Assembly (NCBI GenBank): GCA_017886205.1
Contig: JAFNEO010000053.1
Coordinates: 64,126 to 128,125, forward strand
Length of the DNA: 64,000 nucleotides
Source of the DNA: Candidatus Aminicenantes bacterium
Lineage (GTDB): Bacteria; Acidobacteriota; Aminicenantia; Aminicenantales; UBA8522
Reading direction: 5' to 3'
Part shown: one piece after another, positions 39,721 through 47,658 of the stretch
Numbering within the stretch: the stretch's first letter is position 1
Layout of the letters: the number at the start of each line of letters is the position of its first letter
The notes under the pieces: model-generated
The model's database searches: none
Told to the model about the DNA's origin: nothing
Seen by the model: the letters and a program-made list of their open reading frames with translations, nothing else
Made by a program: the position numbers and the translations under genes

Positions 39721-40128
39721 TCACGAGGTGAATTTTCGAAAGCTGCTGATCAGAGCGATGGCCGGGACGCTAGCCTTATCCTCGGCGCTGAGCTTGGGAA
39801 CTTCAACATGATCCTTCCTCTTGCGCAGCAGGACCTGGCGCACGGCCTCCATCACTTCGGCTATCTTTATCCCCTTGGGGCAGCGGACGTTGCAGGTGTA
39901 GCACGAGGCACAAATCCAAACCGACTTTGCTTCGAGCAACTCCTCCTTGAAACCGAGCTGGGCATAGCGGATGACCTGGTTGGGAAGGATGTCCATCTCA
40001 GCGACTGCCGGACAGCCGGCCGAGCATTTACCGCACTGATAGCAGGCCAGCAGCTTCTGGCCGCTGATCTCCTCGATCTTCCTCACAAAGTCGTCCCTGA
40101 TCTTCTTCTTGGAGAGGATGGTTCTCAT
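39721..40128 (-). CDS. hdrC: heterodisulfide reductase subunit C (2x[4Fe-4S])
   Basis: CYQCGKCSAGCP and CASCYTCNVRCP motifs. AAAGGA RBS. Confidence 0.85.
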   Translation of the reverse strand: MRTILSKKKIRDDFVRKIEEISGQKLLACYQCGKCSAGCPAVAEMDILPNQVIRYAQLGFKEELLEAKSVWICASCYTCNVRCPKGIKIAEVMEAVRQVLLRKRKDHVEVPKLSAEDKASVPAIALISSFRKFTS

Positions 40129-40205
40129 TTTTTCCTTTTCTCTTTCCGGCTTGAAAGGATCGATACCCGATATAAAGATGATATTCTAGGCCAAAATGAC
40201 CCTTC

Positions 40206-40234
40206 AGTAAATCACAATTTTTTTTTCCTGTCAA
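40206..40234 (-). promoter_or_regulatory. candidate promoter of the hdr-kor-flx-sdh operon (TTGACA-N17-TTTACT)
   Basis: A -35 TTGACA (reverse complement of tgtcaa at 40229-40234) overlaps the stop of the upstream hydrolase gene. The -10 is weak (4/6 match). Confidence 0.25.
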
Positions 40235-41016
40235 GAAATCGAAGTCGGAGAACGCTCGCCGAAAAAGACGATGATATCATGGATGTCTTCTTGGGCAAAT
40301 CGGCTCTGGAAATAGTCTTGGCTGACCTCCAGCGGGTAGTGGTCGAAGCCGGCCCGGACGACCTTCAGACGGTCGATCTTTTTCTCGAAGAGCTCCAGCA
40401 AAGGGCCGTTTTTAATGGTCCTGTCGAAATGACTGAGGATGAGGACATAGGGCAGGTTTTGGAAGCGGCAGGGTTGACGGTGGGTAAGGATGATGCGAGC
40501 GGTTTCAAAAAAAGTCCGCCCCTCCATCTCGTTCAAGAGAGTTTCGATTCGGTCGGCCGGATAATCGCTGTACCAGTGAAAGACCCGGTGAAACAAACGA
40601 TGATTCCAGATCTTCAAGGGCAGGTCGAAAGCGAGGGTCAATCGAACAAGAAAAGAGTAGGTGGACTTCTTGACCAGACCTAAGTTGAGCCAACGAGAGT
40701 CCAGGAAGGGCGTGATGGCCACCACTCCCTTGCATCGTTCGCCAGGGTCCAGGTGGCTGATGACGGCGAACCCGAAAGAGATGCCGCCCAGGAGATAGCT
40801 GTTCAGGTCCAGGTCATCGATCCGGCGCCGAACATAGGCCGCGTAGTTCTCAAGAGTGACCTCGGAAAGCGGCGGGATATCACGGACGAACCCGGGGAGG
40901 TCGATGAAATGGACGCGGAAGAAGTTGCCCAGGTAATCGATCAGGCCCCGGAGGACCAGGCTGTTCGTTAAGAACGCGTTGACGAGCACCAAGTTCTCTT
41001 TGCGAATCGAGGTCAC
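40231..41016 (-). CDS. alpha/beta hydrolase fold protein
   Basis: GGISFG (GxSxG) nucleophile elbow. GTG start (no ATG available). Confidence 0.5.
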   Translation of the reverse strand: MTSIRKENLVLVNAFLTNSLVLRGLIDYLGNFFRVHFIDLPGFVRDIPPLSEVTLENYAAYVRRRIDDLDLNSYLLGGISFGFAVISHLDPGERCKGVVAITPFLDSRWLNLGLVKKSTYSFLVRLTLAFDLPLKIWNHRLFHRVFHWYSDYPADRIETLLNEMEGRTFFETARIILTHRQPCRFQNLPYVLILSHFDRTIKNGPLLELFEKKIDRLKVVRAGFDHYPLEVSQDYFQSRFAQEDIHDIIVFFGERSPTSIS

Positions 41017-41065
41017 AGGTCGGCTCCAGAAAAGCCCTCTCTTTTAGCACAGCGGGAAAGGGAAG

Positions 41066-43210
41066 TCAATCTGAGGCCGGACGGTGTTTCGGCCGGGTGA
41101 GGAGAAAAAGAAGCCCTATGGCATTGAGGAGGATGACCGAATCGATGACCCGGGACAATCCGGCCAGAGGGATGAGGAGAGAGGACGTCACGAGTGCTCC
41201 GATAAAAGACCCGACGAGGTCGAGGCCATAGCCGCGCCCATAGTCCGCACGGACGCGGAGATAAAGCCGATTGGAGACAACAAACAAGCCTCCGCCGAGG
41301 ATTCCTAAGAAAAACAAGATGAGAAAAGCGAGGACCTCGGGGAGTCTTGCCGGAAGAGCCATCCGGAAAAGACCGAGAAGAAGCATAAACCCGATTTGGA
41401 TGGCCGCCAGCCATCTGTAAGTCGGGCGGCTGATCCGGGTGCCCAAGAGGGCGCCCAGAAACAGCCCGAGCATGAAGGTGGACAGCAGCAAGGCGATTCG
41501 CCCATAGAGAAAGCCATAGAGCGCCTGGAACCAGATGAGGAGGACGATCTCCGCCACGATCGTCGTCAGACCCATTACGGCTAGGGGAAGCAAGCTGTAT
41601 ATGGCCTCTCCTTTTCTAGCGCGCAGGACCGGGAGGAGCAAGACGAAGAGAAAGAGAGGCAGCCCGAGAAGCCAAGACACGGGAACCCTAGAAAAAAAGT
41701 GCAGGATCGCTGCCCCGGGTCCCCGAAATTGAGTGCTCCAGAGAGAGGCGTTCAGAAAGAAACTCACTGGGGCAAAGTCCGAATTGAGCCGAGGCGAGCC
41801 CGAGGCCAGCATGCCTTCGAGATACCGGACACGCAGCGCATGGAGGCGAGACTGAAGAGACCGGGCCCCGAGGTATCGGGTTGACAAGGCGAGAGAGGCG
41901 ATCCGGCGGCTGAGCTCTTGGGGGTCAAGCGTCAATGGCGCAGTAGAAGCTAAAAAAATACTCCGATCTCCGGGCACAACCCGAACCTCCGGGAATACTC
42001 TGGATAGAGTGTAGTATAGAGAGGAGAGGAACTGCTGGAGCTCCGGGCCGATGACAGTCTCCGAAGAAGGGATGGGAAAGGACAGGATGCCGTCAGAGCT
42101 GAGGTGACGCTGGGCCAGGAGGAAAAACTCAAGGGTATAATACCTGTTGACCTGGGCTGTGGCGGGCTCGGGAAGGTTGAGGAGCATGACTTGGTATTTT
42201 TCCTCGGTCCGCTGGAGGAATGTTCGTCCGTCCTGAAAGATGATGCGGACTCGGGCGGCGGCTAGGTTAGCCTTATCCTCATCTCCCAAGAAAACCCGGG
42301 ATAGGTTGATGATCTCAGGGTCGAGCTCGACGTAATCGATCTTCGCCCCGGGGTATTTGAGCAGCTCTCCGAGAGCACCGCCCGGCCCTCCGCCGATGAG
42401 GAGGATTCGGCGGGCTTCTGGATTTTGGAGCATAGCGAAATGAACGGATTCCTCGGCCGCTGCCGGATCGGGCACGGAATAGACGGGCGAGTTGTTGCTG
42501 TAAAGGGAGAGTTGTTCCTTGGCCCGGATGAGTTGAAGTCGACCATAGCGGGTATCGCGTGTGATGAGGAGCTGGAACGGTTTCCAGTAAGCCCTTTGGC
42601 TGGGAAGGTCGGCCAACCAGAATCCGCAAAGAAGGATCATGATGCCCAGCGCCCAAATAAGAGAAGGCTTTTCGTGGTCCGTCCAAAAGATCAAAAGCGC
42701 GATTGTCCCGGCGATGACCGTGGCCGTGGCCCAGGACGAGGAGGAAAGCGTCATCAATAGATAGATGAGAGGGCCGGCCGCCACGGCGCCCAAGGATTCC
42801 AGGATATAAACCCGGCTGATATCCCCTGCCTGCCGGCTCACATTGATGACGAACAAGGCTCCCAGGGGAAAGCCGATCAGGAGACAGAGCCCAAAGGACA
42901 TAATGATGATCGGGGACAGCCCCACAATTTCGCCGGGCAAGACATGGAATAGGAAGCGTGAGAACCTAACCGCGAGGAGGGCGAAGGGGAACAGGAAAAT
43001 GACAACGAGATAGAGAGAAGTCTGGTTGGGAAAGGACTTCGCTTTCCCGGCCGCCAGGCTTCCCAACCCCACCCAGAGGAGCCAGGAAGCGAGGATGATG
43101 CCCAGCGTCAGCTCGTTCCCTGAAAAATAGGCAGCGAATTCCCGGAGCAGTAAGATTTGGAAGGAAGTCGCCAGCAACCCGAGAAGAAAGGCGGGGAGGT
43201 CTTTTCTCAA
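41066..43210 (-). CDS. polytopic membrane protein fused to a spermidine/spermine synthase-like (aminopropyltransferase, class I SAM-MTase fold) domain
   Basis: N-terminal half is a multi-TM domain. The C-terminal half carries LLIGGGPGGA...VDYVELDPEIINLSRVF...LLNLPEP, typical of spermidine synthase. The start is uncertain: TTG at 43210 (TTGA coupling to the radical SAM stop) or TTG at 43249. Confidence 0.55.
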   Translation of the reverse strand: MRKDLPAFLLGLLATSFQILLLREFAAYFSGNELTLGIILASWLLWVGLGSLAAGKAKSFPNQTSLYLVVIFLFPFALLAVRFSRFLFHVLPGEIVGLSPIIIMSFGLCLLIGFPLGALFVINVSRQAGDISRVYILESLGAVAAGPLIYLLMTLSSSSWATATVIAGTIALLIFWTDHEKPSLIWALGIMILLCGFWLADLPSQRAYWKPFQLLITRDTRYGRLQLIRAKEQLSLYSNNSPVYSVPDPAAAEESVHFAMLQNPEARRILLIGGGPGGALGELLKYPGAKIDYVELDPEIINLSRVFLGDEDKANLAAARVRIIFQDGRTFLQRTEEKYQVMLLNLPEPATAQVNRYYTLEFFLLAQRHLSSDGILSFPIPSSETVIGPELQQFLSSLYYTLSRVFPEVRVVPGDRSIFLASTAPLTLDPQELSRRIASLALSTRYLGARSLQSRLHALRVRYLEGMLASGSPRLNSDFAPVSFFLNASLWSTQFRGPGAAILHFFSRVPVSWLLGLPLFLFVLLLPVLRARKGEAIYSLLPLAVMGLTTIVAEIVLLIWFQALYGFLYGRIALLLSTFMLGLFLGALLGTRISRPTYRWLAAIQIGFMLLLGLFRMALPARLPEVLAFLILFFLGILGGGLFVVSNRLYLRVRADYGRGYGLDLVGSFIGALVTSSLLIPLAGLSRVIDSVILLNAIGLLFLLTRPKHRPASD

Positions 43211-44328
43211 GCCCAGATCCCGGGAATGGGGTATTGGCAGGATCTGCAAGCTCCCTTATTCATGGCCACCGCTTTGACTTGCATCCCGAATCGTTCGATG
43301 ACCATGTTCCGGCAACGGGGGCAGTAGGTGTTTTCGGCGCTGTGGCCGGGGACATTGCCCACATAGACGTAATGCATCCCTTCCTCGATGGCTATATCGC
43401 GCAAGGATTCGAGCGTGGAGATCGGGGTGGGGGGCAGGTTCTTGACGAGGTACATCGGCTGAAACCGGGTGAAATGAAGGGGGATGTCGCGACCAACCTC
43501 CTTGGCCATCCAGCGGCACATGCTCCTGATGTCTTCCTCGCGGTCGTTAAGCGTCGGGATAACGAGATAGACGATCTCGAGCCAGACCTTGCTCTGGCTC
43601 ACCGTCCGGATGGATTCGAGAACCGGCTGAAGGTCACCCCGGACATACTCTTTATAAAAATCCTGACGGAAGGCCTTGAGATCGATCTTAGCGGCATCGA
43701 CTACCTTGAGAAGGTCCTGGAGCGGCTCCGGCTGGATGTGTCCGGCCGTCACCACGCAATTCCTCAGCCCTTTCCTCCTCGCCTCAACCGCGGAATCGTA
43801 CATGTACTCGAAAAAAACGGTGGGCTCGGTGTAGGTGTAGGCTATAGAGCGGCACTTATTTCGTTCGGCAGCGGCCGCCACTTCCGCGGGCGGAAGGTCG
43901 AAATGCGGCACCTGCTCCGGCCGCACCTGGGAGATCTGCCAATTCTGGCAGAACTTGCAGTTCAAGTTGCAGCCTGCTGTGGCTATGGAAAAGGCGTCCG
44001 TGCCGGGCAGGAAATGGAAGAACGGCTTCTTCTCGATCGGGTCCACGTTGGCCGAACAGGCCTTGCCGTAGACAAGCGTATAGTACGTGCCGCCGTCGTT
44101 CTGCCGGACTCCACAATAGCCGCGTTCCTTATCGCCGAGCTTGCAGAGGCGCGGGCAGAGGAGGCACTCGATTTCCCGGTCGGGATGCTTTTTGTAGTAG
44201 CGGGCTTCGACATGGGAAAGGTTGGCGGTGTCCTCGAAATTCCAGACCCGGGTCAGAGCCCCCGCCGCGCCGGTTCCCAACAGGAAGCCCGTCCCCGCCA
44301 GGGTTTCGCAGAACCTCCGCCTTTTCAT
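43207..44328 (-). CDS. radical SAM enzyme (AmmeMemoRadiSam / PflA-like family) with a twin-arginine signal
   Basis: CNLNCKFCQNW CxxxCxxC radical SAM motif, an EKKPFFHFLPG region and C-terminal CPRC...CRSC. N-terminal MKRRRFCETLAGTGFLLGTGAAG is Tat-like. Confidence 0.65.
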   Translation of the reverse strand: MKRRRFCETLAGTGFLLGTGAAGALTRVWNFEDTANLSHVEARYYKKHPDREIECLLCPRLCKLGDKERGYCGVRQNDGGTYYTLVYGKACSANVDPIEKKPFFHFLPGTDAFSIATAGCNLNCKFCQNWQISQVRPEQVPHFDLPPAEVAAAAERNKCRSIAYTYTEPTVFFEYMYDSAVEARRKGLRNCVVTAGHIQPEPLQDLLKVVDAAKIDLKAFRQDFYKEYVRGDLQPVLESIRTVSQSKVWLEIVYLVIPTLNDREEDIRSMCRWMAKEVGRDIPLHFTRFQPMYLVKNLPPTPISTLESLRDIAIEEGMHYVYVGNVPGHSAENTYCPRCRNMVIERFGMQVKAVAMNKGACRSCQYPIPGIWA

Positions 44329-44352
44329 GATCTTCTCGATTTCTCGTACGTA

Positions 44353-45249
44353 CTATATCTCATCTTCGATGACCTCTATGGAATCGCTGCCGGCCCGGCC
44401 GAGGCCCAACTTTTCAGCCGTGCCCAGATAGACCGGTTCCCGGTCTTCTTCCTTGAGGGAGGGCAACCCCTTTCTTGAGCGCAGCGTTTCGATCAGCCGC
44501 CATCCCACCGCGTCAGCGGCCACAGGATCCAGGCTGAAGATGAGCGCTCCGCTCCGTTCCGCCCATTGGGTATGATAAGAAGGGCCCCGGTGGTATTGCA
44601 CGACAAGGGCGTCGAGGAGAGTGAGCCTATGCTTGTCTTTGATGGGCTTGGACTCGAAAAGCTCGGCGATGAAGGGATCGCAGTGTGAATCGTGGTACTT
44701 GTTCGGGTTATGGATGGCTCCGAAGTAGTTCTTCATCCCCGCCGTGACCCCCGCCAGGCCATGGTCCTTGAGTATGGCCAGGCTGATGGAGGCGGTCACA
44801 AAATTGGTCTGAATAGTCGAGAAAAGGCTGCCGATATTGCGGTGGGCGATGATCTCCGTTTCGTACCCGGCGCCGGCCGTATCAGTGGCAAAAACCTTGA
44901 GACCGTTGGGGCGGTCGGATAGGCTATAGCCCGCCTCCCGGAGCTCCCGGTTGGTGCGGTCCCAGATGACGATGTTCCTGTCCGGCTGTCCGTTTTTGAT
45001 CAGGAGTTCGGCAAGGGAAAGGGAAAGCTCGGGCCGGGTCGAGATCTTGCGGCCGCCGATGGTGTTGACTTTGATCCCGATGCGGTCGCCTCGGGCAAAA
45101 AGTCGGGCCAAGCCCTCTCCCGTTTCCCGGGCCCCGGTGAGATGCCTGAACCCGAGGGACAACATTTCTGCGATCTTTACCCGGTCCATATCACCGCCGG
45201 CTCCCAACACGCCCTTTCCTTTGATCACTACGACCTTGGACCTGTTCAT
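44353..45249 (-). CDS. DUF362 domain protein
   Basis: KVNTIGG...TRP and KDHGLAGVTAGMKNYFG regions are characteristic of DUF362. The ATG at 45249 is preferred over the TTG at 45267. Confidence 0.5.
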   Translation of the reverse strand: MNRSKVVVIKGKGVLGAGGDMDRVKIAEMLSLGFRHLTGARETGEGLARLFARGDRIGIKVNTIGGRKISTRPELSLSLAELLIKNGQPDRNIVIWDRTNRELREAGYSLSDRPNGLKVFATDTAGAGYETEIIAHRNIGSLFSTIQTNFVTASISLAILKDHGLAGVTAGMKNYFGAIHNPNKYHDSHCDPFIAELFESKPIKDKHRLTLLDALVVQYHRGPSYHTQWAERSGALIFSLDPVAADAVGWRLIETLRSRKGLPSLKEEDREPVYLGTAEKLGLGRAGSDSIEVIEDEI

Positions 45250-45359
45250 CCTGATATCAAGGTACAATTCTCTTCACAACCTGTCAACTTCAGGACGCAG
45301 CGATCCGCTGGCGAATTTGATAAACGGGTCGTTTTGTATTAAATTAATCGGGAAGAAAG

Positions 45360-46283
45360 ATGAGAAAGCGGAGTCCCATGATACAGGCAAGAAGAGCGAG
45401 GCCGGCCCTCCTACTAAGCGTTTATTTTTTCTTTGTATCCTTGGCTCTTGGCCAGGATGCTTCTGAGTCCTCCCTCCGGTCTCTCCTGCCCGGACTGCCC
45501 GCCTGGACTCTCACCGAAGCCCCCTCCGTCTACCTTCCGGGGACTCTCTTCGAGTACATCGATGGGGCGGCCGAGAACTATCTGAGCTATGGCTTCCGTG
45601 AGCTCGTTGTGGGCAATTACAAAGAAGAGAAGTCGGCGGCGACGCTGACGGTCGAGATTTATGACATGGGAGACGAGGTCAGGGCCTTCGGGGTTTACAG
45701 CTCTGAGAGGTACCCGGAGAGTCACTTCTTCAAGGTCGGCTCCCAGGGCTATTGGGAAGAGGGGGCGCTCAATTTCATCGCTGGCTCCTACTATGTCAAG
45801 CTTTTGTGCTTCGATTGCGGCGGAGGTGCCGAGCCGACTCTGGTGTCTATCGCCCGGGACATCGAGAAGAAAGTCCCGAACAATAGTAAGCTCCCGCCTC
45901 GGCTCGGTCTTTTTCCTAGAGATGGGCTCATCGCCAACAGCGAAAAGTTCATCCTGCAGAACGTTCTTGGGTACGGCTTCCTTCACCACGGATATCTAGC
46001 GAGCTACAGGGTTCAGGATCAGGAGTTCGACCTTTTCATAATCCAGGGAACGGACACTCAGGATGCTCAAAATATGGTGACCCAATATTTAAACATCCAA
46101 CGAGAGAGCAGTCAAACCGCGCAGCCGACGAACCTGGGCTTCCATGTCCGGGACCGCTATGCGAATAACATCTATTTCACTCAATCCGGGAACCTGATCC
46201 TCGGCGTCATGAGGATCAAGGACGGGTTCGAAGAAATGGGCAAAAAATACCTCGGGCTCCTGGTGCAGGCGGCGAAAAGCTAG
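45360..46283 (+). CDS. secreted hypothetical protein
   Basis: Signal peptide (RRARPALLLSVYFFFVSLALGQ). No family recognised. Confidence 0.45.
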   Translation: MRKRSPMIQARRARPALLLSVYFFFVSLALGQDASESSLRSLLPGLPAWTLTEAPSVYLPGTLFEYIDGAAENYLSYGFRELVVGNYKEEKSAATLTVEIYDMGDEVRAFGVYSSERYPESHFFKVGSQGYWEEGALNFIAGSYYVKLLCFDCGGGAEPTLVSIARDIEKKVPNNSKLPPRLGLFPRDGLIANSEKFILQNVLGYGFLHHGYLASYRVQDQEFDLFIIQGTDTQDAQNMVTQYLNIQRESSQTAQPTNLGFHVRDRYANNIYFTQSGNLILGVMRIKDGFEEMGKKYLGLLVQAAKS

Positions 46284-46311
46284 GCCGCTGGTTCCGGCCA
46301 GAGAGCTGCGC

Positions 46312-46686
46312 TCAGACGAACTTGCCGGGCGGGTTTCCCTCAAGAAAAGCTTTGAGTGTCTGGACCTCTGTATCAAGGGAACGGGCCGCTTCCTGAGCGA
46401 GCTGGAGCTGTCTCTCCCGGCCGGCCGTTTCGAGGGCAAAGGCGACTTTTTGCAGGCGGACAAGGCTGAGGTTCGCTGATGCGCCCTTGAGGCTGTGGCC
46501 GAGCTCACAGACCTGCGTGAAGTCTTCCCGGGTGATGGCCTGTTCGAGGAGACGCTTTTTTTCAGCGTATTCCTGGAAATAAATGTTCAGGAGTTCCTTG
46601 AGAAATGAGGTGTCTCCGCCGATCCTGTCAAGGACATCACAAAAATCGATCGGGCGAAGCTTGTCCAGGTTGGCTGAGTCAGACAT
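46312..46686 (-). CDS. Hpt (histidine phosphotransfer) domain protein
   Basis: HSLKGASANL phospho-His motif. ATG at 46686; 8-nt overlap with the upstream GGDEF gene. Confidence 0.7.
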   Translation of the reverse strand: MSDSANLDKLRPIDFCDVLDRIGGDTSFLKELLNIYFQEYAEKKRLLEQAITREDFTQVCELGHSLKGASANLSLVRLQKVAFALETAGRERQLQLAQEAARSLDTEVQTLKAFLEGNPPGKFV

Positions 46687-47620
46687 TGATTTGCTCCCTT
46701 GCCATCTGCCGGTCTTGTCCGGCCACAACCACACAATTGCGTCCTTGCCCTTTGGCTTTGAGAAGCGCACCGTCAGCGACCCTAATGAGTTTGTCGGTGC
46801 TCGCCGTCCCCGGAAGTTCCGAGGTGGCACACCCGGCGGACACGGTCACCTGGACGCTATCCAGCTCGGTCTTGAGGCCCCTCTTGCCCACGGCCAGGCG
46901 AAGCCGGTCTCCAATCCTCTTGATCTCCGTCAGCCCGCAATTCGGCAGGATGATGATGATCTCGTCCCCGCCGTACCTTCCGATCTTGTCCGATTTGCGT
47001 ATCTTTCTTTTGAGGCGAGAAACCACTTGGAGGAGAGCTTGATCGCCGATCGAATGGCCATAGAAATCGTTGATCTTCTTGAAATGGTCCACATCCAGCA
47101 GGACCACGCCCGTCGGTTTCTTTTCCCTTTGTCCCCGCTCCAATTCCTCATTGAGGAACTTGGAGATCTCGGAGCGGTTCCAGATCTTGGTCAGGCTGTC
47201 CCGGCTGGCGATGTCTTTGAGTTGATTCTGGATGACCAGAAGCTTGTCTTCGAGGTCGATGATGCGCTTCCCTGTCTGCAGTCGGGCCCTCAACTCCAGG
47301 AAATTGACGGGCTTGGTCATGTAATCGTCGGCGCCGGAGGAGAGACCGGCGATGATGTCCTGCTTGCGGTCCTTAGCACTCAGCAGGATGATGTAGGTGT
47401 ATTTATATTTCTTGCGGCGACGGATCTTGCGGCAGACCTCGATGCCGTCCATCCCCGGCATCATCCAGTCCAGGATGGCCAGGCGTAGGTCTTCGTCCTG
47501 GAGGGCCTGCCAGGCGCCCTCGCCGCTGCGCGCCAGGACTGTTTCATAGCCCCAGTTCTCGATATTCTTTTGCAGGATCCTTGAGCTGATCAGGTCATCC
47601 TCGGCTATCAGTATCTTCAT
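46679..47620 (-). CDS. response regulator receiver-GGDEF diguanylate cyclase
   Basis: REC domain with phospho-acceptor Asp (LAILDWMMPGMDG). GGDEF domain with a GGDEI active site and an RxxD I-site-like motif. Confidence 0.85.
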   Translation of the reverse strand: MKILIAEDDLISSRILQKNIENWGYETVLARSGEGAWQALQDEDLRLAILDWMMPGMDGIEVCRKIRRRKKYKYTYIILLSAKDRKQDIIAGLSSGADDYMTKPVNFLELRARLQTGKRIIDLEDKLLVIQNQLKDIASRDSLTKIWNRSEISKFLNEELERGQREKKPTGVVLLDVDHFKKINDFYGHSIGDQALLQVVSRLKRKIRKSDKIGRYGGDEIIIILPNCGLTEIKRIGDRLRLAVGKRGLKTELDSVQVTVSAGCATSELPGTASTDKLIRVADGALLKAKGQGRNCVVVAGQDRQMAREQINV

Positions 47621-47658
47621 CGGCTAACCCGTCCGGTCATCTCTGCTGCCCCCCCTGC

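Noticed and set aside
41013-41414. 133-aa minus-strand ORF between the hydrolase and membrane-protein genes
   Set aside because: It overlaps the 3' end of the 41066-43210 gene in another frame and has low-complexity R/P/S-rich composition.
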